Assembly: GCF_018350175.1 (NCBI RefSeq)
Contig: NC_058377.1
Location: 69,316,001 to 69,380,000, forward strand
DNA: 64,000 bases
Source: Felis catus
Lineage: Eukaryota
Reading direction: 5' to 3'
Shown piece after piece: positions 46,511 through 58,658 of the stretch. Each line of letters starts with the position of its first letter. Within the stretch, counting starts at the first letter, position 1. Both the position numbers and the translations under genes were made by a program. The notes beneath the pieces were generated by a model. That model made no database searches. It saw nothing but the letters and a program-made list of their open reading frames with translations, and was not told the DNA's origin.

Positions 46511-47108
46511 CCTGGACGGCGAGGTGCAGGCGGCCGCGCTGGAGGAGCTGGCCCGGCGGTGCGACGACCTGCTGCGGCTGCAGGAGCAGCGGGCCCAGCA
46601 GGAGGAGTTGCTGGAGCGCCTCTCAGCCGAGATTCAGGAGGAGCTGAACCAGAGGTGGATGCGGAGGCGCCAGGAGGAGCTCACCGCGCGGGAGGAGCCC
46701 CTGGAGCCTGATGGTGGCCTCGACGGCGAGCTGCTGCTGGAGCAGGAGAGGGTCAGGACGCAGCTCAGCACCAGCCTCTACATCGGGCTCCGGCTCAACA
46801 CGGACCTGGAGGCCGTTAAGTCGGACTTGGATTACAGCCAGCAGCAGTGGGACAGCAAGGAGCGCGAGCTGCAGGGCCTCCTCCAGACTTTGCACACGTT
46901 GGAGTTGACGGTGGTCCCCGATGGGACTGTCGGCTCTGGCGGACCCTCCCGGGAACCGCGGCCTCAGGGCTGCGCGGAGATGTGGGTGGACCAGGCCCGC
47001 GGACTGGCCAAGAGCTGTCCTGGCAACGACGAGGACTCGGATACCGGGCTGAGCTCCATGCACAGCCAGGACTCGGACTCGGTGCCCGTGTGCGAATCTC
47101 TTGTGTAA
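45591..47108 (+). CDS. RASSF10: Ras association domain family member 10 (N-terminal RASSF), single coding exon, 505 aa
   Basis: ORF from ATG in strong Kozak context (gcaccATGg): [32 protein letters not shown]...[38 protein letters not shown] (N-terminal RA domain with basic/acidic insert), Ser-rich linker, coiled-coil regions, C-terminus [26 protein letters not shown]. Matches recalled mammalian RASSF10. Intronless, in a CpG island. Confidence 0.97.
46476..46508 (+). repeat. Pure (GCG)11 coding trinucleotide repeat (poly-Ala in RASSF10)
   Basis: Counted directly; encodes EPE-A11-PL. Confidence 0.97.
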
Positions 47109-47722
47109 GAGGTGTAGACCACGCTTCTCCCTTCCTCGAAGAAAGCAGTGGCCTTGGCCGGCTCAGGGACTCGAAACCAGGCAGGGGGTGGGCGGGGGAG
47201 CTCCTGCCAGGTAGCATTGCTCTTCGCGGGGCGGGGGGAGGGCTGGCGACACCCGCCAGGCCAGGGAGTGTGGAGGGGTTGCGGGCGGGAAGGCCCGGAG
47301 GAGGCAGGCGGGTCTCCATTCCAAGCTCTTTTAGGGGAAGGAAGGAGGGCGGAGGTGAGAACGTCCCGTATTGGAAAACAGTTGCCCCCGGGAAACTGAC
47401 GTGGTCCGAACCCATTTTCAAAAAAAGAAAAAGAAAAAGTATTATGGAGATTTCAGCAATCTTCTGTATGGGAAGGACTGATGGCAGCTAGAACTTGAGT
47501 TTGTGGCATAAAGTGCTTTTAAAAGAAACTCTTGGATGAGAAGGAAATTCCTTGAATGTTAATTGTGACTGTGAACGTGTTAAAACTAGCCAAAGAGCAC
47601 TGGTGTTCGTCTCAGCCTTGCTTACATCTCTGATAAAACCCACAGGCACCCAAATCCTGGCTCTTTACATTTCTGCAGATTGGGGGATTTACCCATCTGC
47701 TACACTGTTCATCTTTTCTTTT

Positions 47723-47938
47723 TTCTTTTTTTAATGTTTATTTATTTTTAAGAGAGAGAGACAGAGACAGAGCATGAGGGGCGAGGGGCAGAAAGAGGGG
47801 GAGACACAGAATCCGAAGCAGGCTCCAGGCTCTGAGCTGTCAGCACGGAGCCCGACTTAGGGCTTGAACTCACCAACCGGGAGATCATGACCTGAGTGGA
47901 AGTCGGACACTTAACCTATTGAGCCGCCGAGGTGCCCC
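47723..47938 (-). mobile_element. CanSINE, antisense, in the presumed RASSF10 3' UTR
   Basis: TSD atcttttctttt on both sides. Confidence 0.95.
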
Positions 47939-48852
47939 ATCTTTTCTTTTCATTCAAAGGCTGGCTGAGCTGTATGGAAGCCTAGCCTCGTATCTCCTCC
48001 TAGCAAACACAGTATATGGTAAAATAGAATCCTTTCCCTACAAAGACCTTTTATTATTACAAAAGCCAAACATAACCCTTTTGAGATGATAGAGAATCCT
48101 GGGACACCTAATCCCTGGTTACAGCTTAACGTAGGCCCTTTGGGATTTGCTCCCGCAGAGGTACCTGTGCCGTCCTTAATTTTCATTCATGTTGCCGCTT
48201 CATCCACTCAATCACTGCTCCTCCAAGAAAACTAGGAGGAAAGTTGCAGAAGCCAAGTTCAGTACAACTAAATTTGCTATTTAATGAGCACGCCGGTTGC
48301 AACTAAGACTTGAAAGCCAAGATCTTTGTTAGCATTCAGCTTTTGAACTAAGCTGTGTGATTCAAACCAACCATGACCTCAAGGTGTTTTACCCCCACCC
48401 AAGCCAACCTTCCGTATCTTTGGTCAGAGATTAATTAGTTACCTGTCCAAGCCTAAACGGAGAGGGCAAGTATCCAGGCTTACTAGATAAGGCCCCCCAA
48501 AGAGAACAAAAGAAGTCAGTCTAATAGTACACCTTGGGTGAGCAGTTTGATTAACCGTGGCACGTAGCCATAGATAAAAGCATACAAAAGTGAGCTCGAA
48601 GACAACTCGAATGACTCTGGCTCTTGCCTTTGCAGCCGCCAGGAGATACAAGCACAACACCGCTCTCCTAATAGCCCGGTGACAGAGCCCTGGTGGGGAC
48701 TCAGGGTGATTGTTGCAGTTATTTCAATGAAAAGTTATCAGTTGTAGCTAGTTGTTGGCCTGTGGAAGGAACCTGTTGGCAGTGTTCCCTCTGGAGCTCA
48801 GTGCTTCTGAGGAATGTGGGATCTAATCTGTCCTGAGGAGGCATTAACAATG

Positions 48853-48854
<2 letters not shown>

Positions 48855-48894
<40 letters not shown>
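48855..48894 (+). repeat. (GT)20 microsatellite
   Basis: Perfect dinucleotide run. Confidence 0.97.
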
Positions 48895-48896
<2 letters not shown>

Positions 48897-50539
48897 TTTG
48901 CAGAAGCCCGGTGTCAGCCCAACCATGCAGGGGCTGGCTCTGGTTTCAACACTGCACGTGAAGATAACGTCAGAGGTCTTGCTGTAGAGAGACGTTTCTT
49001 TCCTTGGAGAGGTCGCGTCTGCTGGTCACCAGCGGGGACCTGCTCACCTGACCGCCCTCCAACCATTTCAGCTGTTTCCTTTGGGGAGCCGGCCCTCCCC
49101 TGCCCCTTGCCGTTACAAAGCACGTGGATGTCGCCGGTTTTCAAGGAAAAGGGGGATTAAAAGGCCGTTTTCTTAATTGATGTTTTCGGAAGACATTAGC
49201 TGGCGTAATTACGGTGTTTTAGTTTCGCCTGATGCGGAAAACGTCTACGCATTTGGTCTTGAGCGTGACTGAAATGGGGAAGGGACCGGAAGAGGGCCAC
49301 TGCCCCCTGGATGATCATTTGATCTCATAAACACAAAGCCTAATGATAGCTTCCCTTTTGAGGCAGAGGCACAGTCCTCGTTAGAGGGTGACAGACGCTG
49401 CTTGTCTGAATGGCTTCTGCTGGCAATGGGCTGACCTGGTGGTTTTAAAATTATTGTGTTTTTTTCCTCCCTTTTTTTTTTTTTAATCCCCCAGAGTGGT
49501 AGGGGAGGTGGTTCTTAGACGTTTATTAACTCAAAAGAGAATACAGAAGTTGGCAGAACAGGACTGCCTGGCAGAAAGGGGCTGTTTTCCTTTTCACTAT
49601 TATTATTATTTTAAACTTTGACGGGCTGCTGACATCAGCAAATATGCCCGAAGCCTGTAAAGCAAATGAGCCACATCACAGGGAGAAGGGCTGTGAGGTT
49701 TTCTGGTGCCCTCTTTCCAGAGCCTTCCTGTCCCGTCTACCTGGAGATGCTTCTCCAGTCAACACTTCGGGCAGCGAGGAGGCTCTGTTTGTAACAAAGG
49801 GCAGCCCAGTCTGCCCCCTTTCTCCTTTCATCCCAGTCACTTACGTCCCCAAGAGCCACTCCCTGTGTGGGTAGGAGAAGGAACAGGAGGTGAAAAAGAA
49901 AGGAGACAATAGTTCCTTTTACTAAGAACTTTCCCACGCCTGAGAAAACGTGAAATTTGGATATCAAAAGGACCGAAACAGTGCCTGTGCCTAGAAAGTG
50001 CCTAACAAATGCGAGATATTTTGAAAACGTCATTTCATTTAGAAAATAAGCCTCATGGCATATTTAAAAATATGCATCGTGAATGCACAGCAGTGGAAGC
50101 ATCCACTCAGGATGTCAGAGCCCCTGGGAGAAGGAACTCATCTCCTGCTCTCCCCGCGGAACAGGAACCCCCGGGGAAGAAGCAGCAAGCCTGTGCAGGA
50201 CAGTGTGAAATGGAGGGGGCTCCCACCAACCCACCCCTTCCTTGCTGGGAGCTGATAGAATTTACCGTAACTTTGATCTTAATCATCCCATTCTCCACCC
50301 TCTCCCAAACCAAAAAGACTTCCCCTGGCATCTCTGTCTGTTTACATATAAAACGCGGTGGTGATGATTTGCTAATTAGACCACTTACATTCCATGGTCC
50401 TTATGATGAACCAAACAATAACATAAGTAAAAAAAAAAGAAAAGTCACTCAAAATCCTGTCACCGAAAGCTTATCCCTACCAAAATTGGGCATGTTTTCC
50501 TTCCCAACCTTTTGAATTGTGATTTCATATTTTGCTGGG

Positions 50540-50726
50540 GGTTTTTTGTTTTTTTGTTTTTGTTTTTGTTTTTGTTTTTGTTTTTGTTTTTGTTTTTTGA
50601 GAGCACCAGCAGGGAAGGGGCAGAGAGAGGGGGAGAGAATCCTAAGCAGACTCACGACTGTGAGATCATGACCTGAGCCAAAAATCAAGAGTTGCGTGCT
50701 TAACCACTGAGCCACCCAGGTGCCCC
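50540..50726 (-). mobile_element. CanSINE with a (TTTTTG)n tail and internal deletion
   Basis: Reverse head ending gccacccaggtgcccc. Confidence 0.88.
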
Positions 50727-51119
50727 ATATTCTGCTTCTTTTAAAAAAATATATATACTTTAAATGAGGTCATATGTATGCTTTTATGCTCGGGTTTTGA
50801 CCTGAGGCTCCATCCATCTGGTGGATACACCATAGTGCATATAACTGTTCTCATGTTAGTAAGTTATTCCCAGTGTGTTTTTTTTTACTGTTATAAAATA
50901 ACACTGTGACATGTTCCTTTGTGCACATTTCTGTTTTCCCCAATAAGATGGAAAGAGACTTCCCAGGCCAAAGAGTGCAAACATTTAAGGACTTGGTCCT
51001 TAATCATCAACTTTCTTTTCAAAAGATTTGTTCTACTAACAAGGGGCTATGTGTGATGGGGTCTATTTCACCACCCCTTGGCTTTCATTAGATATTACGT
51101 TTTGTTAAGAAAATATTTT

Positions 51120-51318
51120 TTTAATGTTTATTTATTTTAGAGAGAGAGAGCTAGTGGGGGAGGGGCAGAGAGAGAGGAAGACACAGAATCCGAAGCAGGC
51201 TCCAGGCTCTGAGCTGTGTCAGCACAGAGCCCAATACGGGGCTCCAACTCACAAACTGGGAGATCATGACCTGAGCCGAAGTTGGACGCTTAACTAACTG
51301 AGCCCCCCCAGGCGCCCC
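51120..51318 (-). mobile_element. CanSINE
   Basis: 18-bp TSD ttgttaagaaaatatttt. Confidence 0.95.
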
Positions 51319-51661
51319 ATTGTTAAGAAAATATTTTAACCAAAATTAATTAAATAGTTCTTTGTGGCCCCAGGAATGCAGGGCTGGCAACCACTGGCTT
51401 AAAATATTCTTACAACAGAAATGTGGGTCATCCAACGGAAGTGTTCAGAGGATGCGGTGCTTTCCCTTCTTCCTGTTTTCCGTGTCTTCCCTGAGCACCT
51501 GCTTTGGAATAGCGATCCTGTCTCCTATCAGAGCTGGCCAACAATGAGCGAGATTAGGAGAATTAACAAATAAGAGAAACAGATTTATAAAAGACAAACA
51601 TTTATTATCTTTTTCACCCTGAGTCTCTGAGAAAAGGTTGTTCTGAGAAGGTGATGGGAGA

Positions 51662-51860
51662 GGGGCCCCTGGGTGGCTTAGTTGGTTGAGCCTCCAACTT
51701 CGGCTCAGGTCGTGATCCCCCAGTTTGTGAGTTCAAGCCCCACGTTGAGCTCTCTGCTGTCAGCACAGAGCCTGCTTCAGCAACTCTGTCTCCCTCTCTC
51801 TCTGCCCCAACCCCGCTCGTGCTCTCTCAAAAATAAACATTAAAAAAATTATTTTTTAAA
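51662..51860 (+). mobile_element. CanSINE
   Basis: Head, CT tract, aataaa-containing tail. Confidence 0.93.
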
Positions 51861-52231
51861 AAGGTGATGATATAAGTCGCGTTTGATTTTCTGCTCCCTA
51901 CCCACTCCCATCTGAAATTAAATCAACATAAAATAAATACATAAGCCCACTTGCTTATTAACAGCCTCTAATTAACAGTTTTGATTTTTCTGGGAACTTC
52001 TTTCTACATGTAATAAAACACCTGAGCTTATTCTTGGAAAGGGAACATTTGCCCATGAAATGTGTAAAACTATGAATGTGGAAATGTTTGGAATATATTG
52101 TTCTAAACAGACGGAAAGGAGGACGATAAGGAACTATTTTTTGCTGAGTACTTTCCAGACATCAGATCCTTGGGCTGAGTATTGTTGCATGCATTTTCTC
52201 TGCATTCATCTTGTGAGATAGAACTTTCTAA

Positions 52232-52445
52232 AAAATTTTTTAATGTTTATTTATTTTTGAGGAAGAGAGAGACAGAGTGTGAGCAGGGGAGGGGCAGAGA
52301 GAGAGGGAGACACAGAATCTGAAACAAGCTCCAGGCTCTGAGCTGTTAGCACAGAGCCCGATGCGGGGCTTGAACTCGCGGACCTCGAGATCATGACCTG
52401 GGCCAAAGTTAGGACGCCTCGCCGGCTGAGCCACCCAGGCGCCCC
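52232..52445 (-). mobile_element. CanSINE
   Basis: TSD tagaactttctaa. Confidence 0.95.
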
Positions 52446-55217
52446 TAGAACTTTCTAACCTCCACTCTTTACAGACAAAGAAACTGTAGAGTGTTGGCAT
52501 TGGAAGGGCCTCAGAGATGATCAGCTCTTGTCCACGTATTTCCACCGGGGAGGTGGCATGCCTTTCTCAAAATCGTAGGACCAGTAAACATCTACTAGGT
52601 GGGGATTTAGAAAAAAGACAAAGGAGGAGAAATTCCTGTGTAAATACCTGGGCATCTATCTGTCAGGTGAAGCCCTTGACAGTGGGAAAAAAAATCTCAC
52701 AAAAAATTAATACCCTGTGTATCAGCATGGAGGTTTCGATGAATGCCCCCTCCTCCCCCGCAAAGTCACAGATGGCTAGTCAGTCACCAACAGGGATTCC
52801 TCGGCCATCAGGGCAGACAGCTGTGTGCTATTCACAATAACATCTGGAAGGTGGTACCAACCAAGGCTGTGCCGAAACTGCCCCCAGCATTTTTAAGCAG
52901 GCCTTGTTTCTGGTTGAGCCTCTGGGCACTTGAGCAGAGGGTCAAGGGAGGGAACGTTGGGCCCTCCGAGGACCCCTGTGCCCATGGAGTCGTGCACACT
53001 TGGTTTAGGCATCTCTGGCCACGCTCTTTCCATTGAACATGTGTAGCCCAAAAAATGGATTGCTTTGAAGGCCCTCTGCTTCAGCCTCTGCCCCTCTCAT
53101 CCATTCCCTTGAAATTTTTTTCTGTTTCAGACACCTCCAGGGTTCGCTAGAGCTTTCAAGGTAACATCCACATTTCTGAGCAGAATTTATAAGGCTGTTG
53201 GTTATCCAGCTCAAGGCCGCCTACTAAGGCCCACCCTCCCCTGCCTTAAAATCACAGAATCGAGTGGATCCTGTTTCTCCATTCAGGTCACACTGCCACC
53301 GGCTGTGCAAGGGCCCTCTTCTGTCTTGTTCTACTTCATGTTTTCCTTCCTCCCCCACTCCCACCCCCATTTCTCTTCTTCCTCCCGCTGTAAGCAATTC
53401 TTCTAGTGTATTTGATCTATGACCTTTCAAACCATCTTACATATTCAAGGCTGTCACGTTGCACACCTCCAGGGGGCACCATCGACCTAGGAAACTGTGT
53501 GAATGGTTTCCCTGAAGTCGAGCAATGTGCCAGCACGTTCCATTCGCTCCTATGGGTATACGTATCTTTGAAACGTAGAATGAGACAGTTGCGTTCTGAT
53601 GATTAATGTGCATGACCTTTACTGGACTCTACAGCTCACTATATGTCTTTCTTTTTTTTCATGACATTATGTTCGTGTAAGCGCTCCACATTGTGCTTCA
53701 TAAATCCAGCTCATGATTTTCTGACCTGCGTGGTATTCTGTCGCTTTAAGGTCTACGTTTCTTTGGGGGAAGGAAACTTAGGTTGTTCCCAATTCCTCAC
53801 TTCCTCAAACAGTGTTCCAGTGAACACAGGCAGAAATCAGTGGCGACGTGCGAGAATTTGTCTGAGTTTGGAACCCAGAAGTTTGAGTGCCGAACTGCTC
53901 TATCGCCCTCCCGAATGGCTACACTCCCAGGTTGGGCTCTTACTGGCAGTGAAGAGTCTCCATTTTCCCCATTGCCTCTTCAACACTTCATATTATCCAA
54001 CTTTCTACTGTTTACGTTTTGTCTTAATTTGCATTTCTTTGAATTCTACTGAAATTGACCTTCACATGCTTTTTATCCTTCTGTTTACTGCCTGTTACCG
54101 CCCATTTTTCCTGTGGGTCTCTCTTTTCTGGCAGAGTTGCAGGAATTCCTATGTGTCCTGAACACTAGTTTCTTGTTAATTATAGAGCAAGGATAAATAT
54201 CTTATTCTAATTTGACTCCATCTTAACTGTGTCTGTGGTGTCTATTGTTGAAAGATATCTAATTATAATATAGTTAAATGTAGCACTCCCACATCTCCCC
54301 ATGGCTTATGGTTTAAGGTTCTTGTCTAAGAAATAAAGTCACAAAGATATGCTTCTGTAGTTTCTTCCGTTAACCCCATACTTTTTCTTTCTTTCTTCCT
54401 CTCTTACTTTTTCCTTCCTTCCCTTCTTTCTCCTCCTTCTCTCATTTCTTCATCGTTGATTAACTGAAGTACTTCCACAGAAAGATTCTTCCCTTTATAA
54501 AGTGTTACTCGGAAGGACAGTTGAAAGCCTAATTATCCTGAACTATAGGACAAGAGCAACATTCTTACTTTTTATTTTTATTTACTAGGGTTCCAAATAA
54601 TGTGGCTGATCTCTAGCCTTCTCCAAAGGTGACTAATGAGTTTTTCCTTTATTGTTCATCTTTTGGGGAATCATTGTGACTTTTCAGATTTAAAATATTT
54701 AATGTGTTTCAAACCGTTGTGGTTACGGTCCCATCTTTGGCTAGTGGGAGCTTCTTCAGGTTGACTCCTGGATCTTTTTCCTGGATCTTTGTCATAGTCT
54801 TCGAAAGCTTCCTTTGCTCTTCCTTTGTCAAGATGATCCAGGCTGGCGCTGTACCCCGTCCCAGACCTGAAATCAGCCATCACTACACAGAGCCTTGATT
54901 TTTTTTCAATGGCAAATGATATTTAGAAACCACAGTCTAGATACTAGGGGTGCTCATTGCCACTGGGTCGGTGATTGTTTTTAGGACTTTCCAGTAGAAA
55001 TAAAAGAGGAGATACATTTTACTGTGTTTCCTTTTAATTTTTTTTTATTACGGTAAAATACAGATAACAAAATTTGCCATTTAACATGTGTTAAGTATAC
55101 AATTCATTGGCATTAAGTACATTCACAATGTTGTACAGTCATCACTGCTACCGTTTTCCAGAACTTTTTCTTATCATCCCAAACAAAAACTCTGTGTCCA
55201 TTAAAGAATAATTTCCT

Positions 55218-55430
55218 GGGGCGCCTGGGTGGCGCAGTTGGTTAAGCGTCCGACTTCAGCCAGGTCACGATCTCACGGTCCGTGAGTTCGAGCCCCGCAT
55301 TGGGCTCTGGGCTGATGGCTCGGAGCCTGGAGCCTGCTTCCGATTCTGTGTCTCCCTCTCTCTCTGCCCCTCCCCCATTCATGCTCTGTCTCTCTCTGTC
55401 CCAAAAATAAAAAATAAAAAAACGTTGAAA
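55218..55430 (+). mobile_element. CanSINE, young felid subfamily
   Basis: Perfect 15-bp TSD aaagaataatttcct. Confidence 0.97.
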
Positions 55431-56006
55431 AAAGAATAATTTCCTATTCTCTCCTCCCCTCTAGCTCCTGGTAACTTCTATTATCTTCTTTGGAGAAGTG
55501 CCTTTTCAAATCCTTCGCCTGCTTTGATTGAATTTTGTTGTTGTTCTTGTTGTTGAGTTGTAAGAGCTCTTTATATTTTCTGAATAGTAATCCTTTATGA
55601 GCTGTGTGATTGGAAAATATTTTCTCCTATTCAAGGGATTGTCTTTGTTCATGGTGTCTGTAATGCACAAAAGTTTTCAAAGTTTTGTTCAAGTTCAGCT
55701 TGTTTATTTGTCTTTTGTTGTCTATGTTTTGTTGTCTTATCCAAGAAATCTTTACAAATCAAAGGTCATGAAGGGTTTTTTCTGTTTTTTCTTCTAAGAG
55801 TTTTACAGTTCAAGCTCTCATATTTAAGTCCTTGACAATTTTTTTGCCACTATTCTTTTTGTTTTTATTGACAAGTGACTTTTTGGAGGTCTTTATCCTA
55901 CAATTCCTACTATATCACTTACAGGATTTCCCCCCTTTTCCTTCTTTCATCGGATGGATAGAATTTTCTTTGGCTGATTGGGAGTTGTACATTTAATTTT
56001 GCTCTT

Positions 56007-56060
56007 CTGCAAAATTACTAGGAGCCATACTTACTGCAAAGTTACTAGGAACCATACTTA
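56007..56060 (+). repeat. 27-bp tandem duplication (2 mismatches)
   Basis: ctgcaaaattactaggagccatactta / ctgcaaagttactaggaaccatactta. Confidence 0.9.
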
Positions 56061-56685
56061 TGTTTATTTTTCCTGAGCAAGAAACACACTACTCTCACTT
56101 TTCCGGTCTCGCGCCCTTTTCATTTTCGCATCATCTATAATTTCAGTTATAGGAAATCTTACTTAGCTAATTATAATCCATCTCGGTCTATTTTGTTGGG
56201 ATCATATGAAGTGTGCATAATATGGAGGAGAATTGACATCTTTATGATGTTGAGTCATTCTATCCAAGAATAAGATAATAGCAAAGCACAACAAATCACT
56301 CCCGAGTTCAGTGTGGCTTAAAATAATAATTTATTCTCTCTCATGCATCTGTGAGTCAGACAGGGGTTAGTTGATCCAGGCTCAGACAAACTGGACTCCA
56401 ATCTGCAGGTCAGGCTTAGGTCTGTTGTATGTTACCCTCCTGGGACTAGAGGCACAGAACTTTCCCAAACGTCCCTTAGCGTCGTTACAGAGACATTAGC
56501 CTAGACTTTTTCTTTTTTACATATACTTCTGTAGGCCGTGGCTCCTCAGTCTGGGTCAACACACAATTATTAAGTGCCTACTGTGTACCAGGCCTAGGGT
56601 TTAGGCCTTCAAAGGTAGGGATCAGTAAAGCAGGTAGCGTTAAATCACTACATGTACTCTCTATGACACGAACATTGGGATTTTA

Positions 56686-56916
56686 TTTATTTATTTTTTT
56701 TTAATTTTTTTTTCAATGTTTATTTATTTTTGGGACAGAGAGAGACAGAGCATGAACGGGGGAGGGGCAGAGAGAGAGGGAGACACAGAATCGGAAACAG
56801 GCTCCAGGCTCTGAGCCATCAGCCCAGAGCCCGACGTGGGGCTCGAACTCACGGACCGCGAGATCGTGACCTGGCTGAAGTCGGACGCTTAACCGACTGC
56901 GCCACCCAGGCGCCCC
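56686..56916 (-). mobile_element. CanSINE, young felid subfamily
   Basis: TSD gaacattgggatttta. Confidence 0.97.
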
Positions 56917-57344
56917 TGAACATTGGGATTTTAAACATTGGACTCATACTTTTCAGGCAGTGATTCCACTTTTAGGTATCCACAGAGTATTCGTGCAAGT
57001 GGGCAAGGATGTAAGTTCACGATGGTCACTGCAGCGATATTTGTAATAGCGAAAAATCAGAAACCATCCTAAATAGGAAAGTGGTTATAGAAACCATGTT
57101 ATAATCATATTGCTGATAATATGCAGCTACTAAAATAATACACATCTGCATTGCCGACATGGAAAAATATCTAATATATCATTAAGTAAAAAAGCAAGTT
57201 AATGGAAATAGCATAAGCTCCTTACTTATTTTTATAACTTTAAAAATTACACATTTCTTAACTTTACCCCCTGAAAGGGTCTGGAATCAATTATTGCCTA
57301 GCGGCAATGAGTACCCGCTGGCACCTATATCATGGTATCTAAAT

Positions 57345-57557
57345 TTGTTTTGAATTTTATTTACTTATTTTGAGAGACAGCATGCGTGAATGAGAGTGGG
57401 GGAGGGGCAGAGAGCAAGGAAGAGAGAGAATCCCAAGCAGGCTCTGCACTGTCAGCACAGAAGCCAATGCAGGACTCTATCCCACAAGCCACGAGATCAT
57501 GACCTGAGCTGAAATCAAGAATCAGATGCTTAACCGACTGAGCCATCCAGGTGCCCC
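57345..57557 (-). mobile_element. CanSINE
   Basis: TSD tggtatctaaat. Confidence 0.92.
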
Positions 57558-58441
57558 TATACGGTGGTATCTAAATACCATATTCTATTAAAAAGATAAA
57601 GGCTGCTTGAAGTAATCATGATTCCAAATCCACAGCAAGAAATAGGTAAGATGGGCTTGCCACCTCTTAGGTACTAGAAAGCAAGGAACTGTAAAAACTT
57701 AGTAGTTTTATCTAAATTCAGGAGTAACCCGAAGGCACTCCAGGGGCTAAACATGGGGAAATCAATTTCAATGAGAATAACAACTGTTATGGATGGAAGC
57801 ACATGAAAAATGTAAAAAGCTAGGGGGTCACAATGATACTGCAAAAAAAGAAATTAACTCATGAATCACCTTTGGAAATTGCGAGGATGCCTAGTTGTCA
57901 TTCTGGAAATCAGTAATGAAGAGAATATTTATTCTCGTCTGTACACACCATGCTTCTCAGTCCATCGAGCTGCTGGATGAGGGGAAGTTTTTCTTTACAA
58001 GAGAATTTTAACTAGCAAGTGCAGAAGGAACGATTACCCATATACGACCCAGCCCTAATGAATTAGTGCATGTAGAGAGTGGTCACGGATAGGTACTAAA
58101 ATGAGCAGGTGTCAGGTTAATGGGAAGCTGTATGGGATGATCAGCTGATCACACTGGCACCCATGGAACATTCAGGTACAGTGTGCCTCCCAGTATGATA
58201 AAATAGGAAGCACTCAGCCCCACCTATCAAATATGCTAGCCCAAATCATGGCATCTGAATCTAATCAAGAATCTAGTGCTATTGAGGGGGTTGTAGGAAA
58301 CAGGGAGAACAGAATGTGGCATGATCTTCTGAGTGTGTAATCAGCCAAATCCAGATTGTGGCAAATCCTGCAGGACAAAAGCCTGTATATAAATAGCCTA
58401 AAAGAGGGAGTGGAGATGTAATGATTACAACTGTGGATTCA

Positions 58442-58658
58442 TTTTTTTTTTAACGTTTATTTATTTTTGAGACAGAGAGAGACAGAGCATGAACGGGGGA
58501 GGGTCAGAGAGAGAGAGAGGGAGACACAGAATCTGAAACAGGCTCCAGGCTCCGAGCTGTCAGCACAGAGCCCGACGCGGGGCTTGAACTCACGAACCGC
58601 GAGATCATGACCTGAGCCGAAGTCTGCTGCTTAACCGACTGAGCCACCCAGGCGCCCC
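58442..58658 (-). mobile_element. CanSINE
   Basis: Perfect TSD acaactgtggattca. Confidence 0.96.

Larger units (their letters stand above)
44650..47400. promoter_or_regulatory. CpG island spanning the RASSF10 promoter and whole CDS
   Basis: Very high GC and CpG density from ~44.65 to ~47.4 kb, in sharp contrast to the flanks; boundaries approximate. Confidence 0.92.
53550..56275 (-). mobile_element. Nested old L1 fragments (L1ME/L1MC/L1MB types)
   Basis: ttaatttgcatttcttt; ccagacctgaaatcagccat; ggcattaagtacattcacaatgttgt; gagaattgacatctttatgatgttgagtc. Confidence 0.7.

Noticed and set aside
49297-49315. Reverse CTCF-like motif gatcatccagggggcagtg that would close a convergent loop
   Set aside because: Mismatch at the near-invariant core C; too weak to call.
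54380-54452. Polypyrimidine tract (H-DNA?); likewise the purine tract at 8005-8060
   Set aside because: Ordinary low-complexity sequence inside old L1; no clear mirror symmetry.
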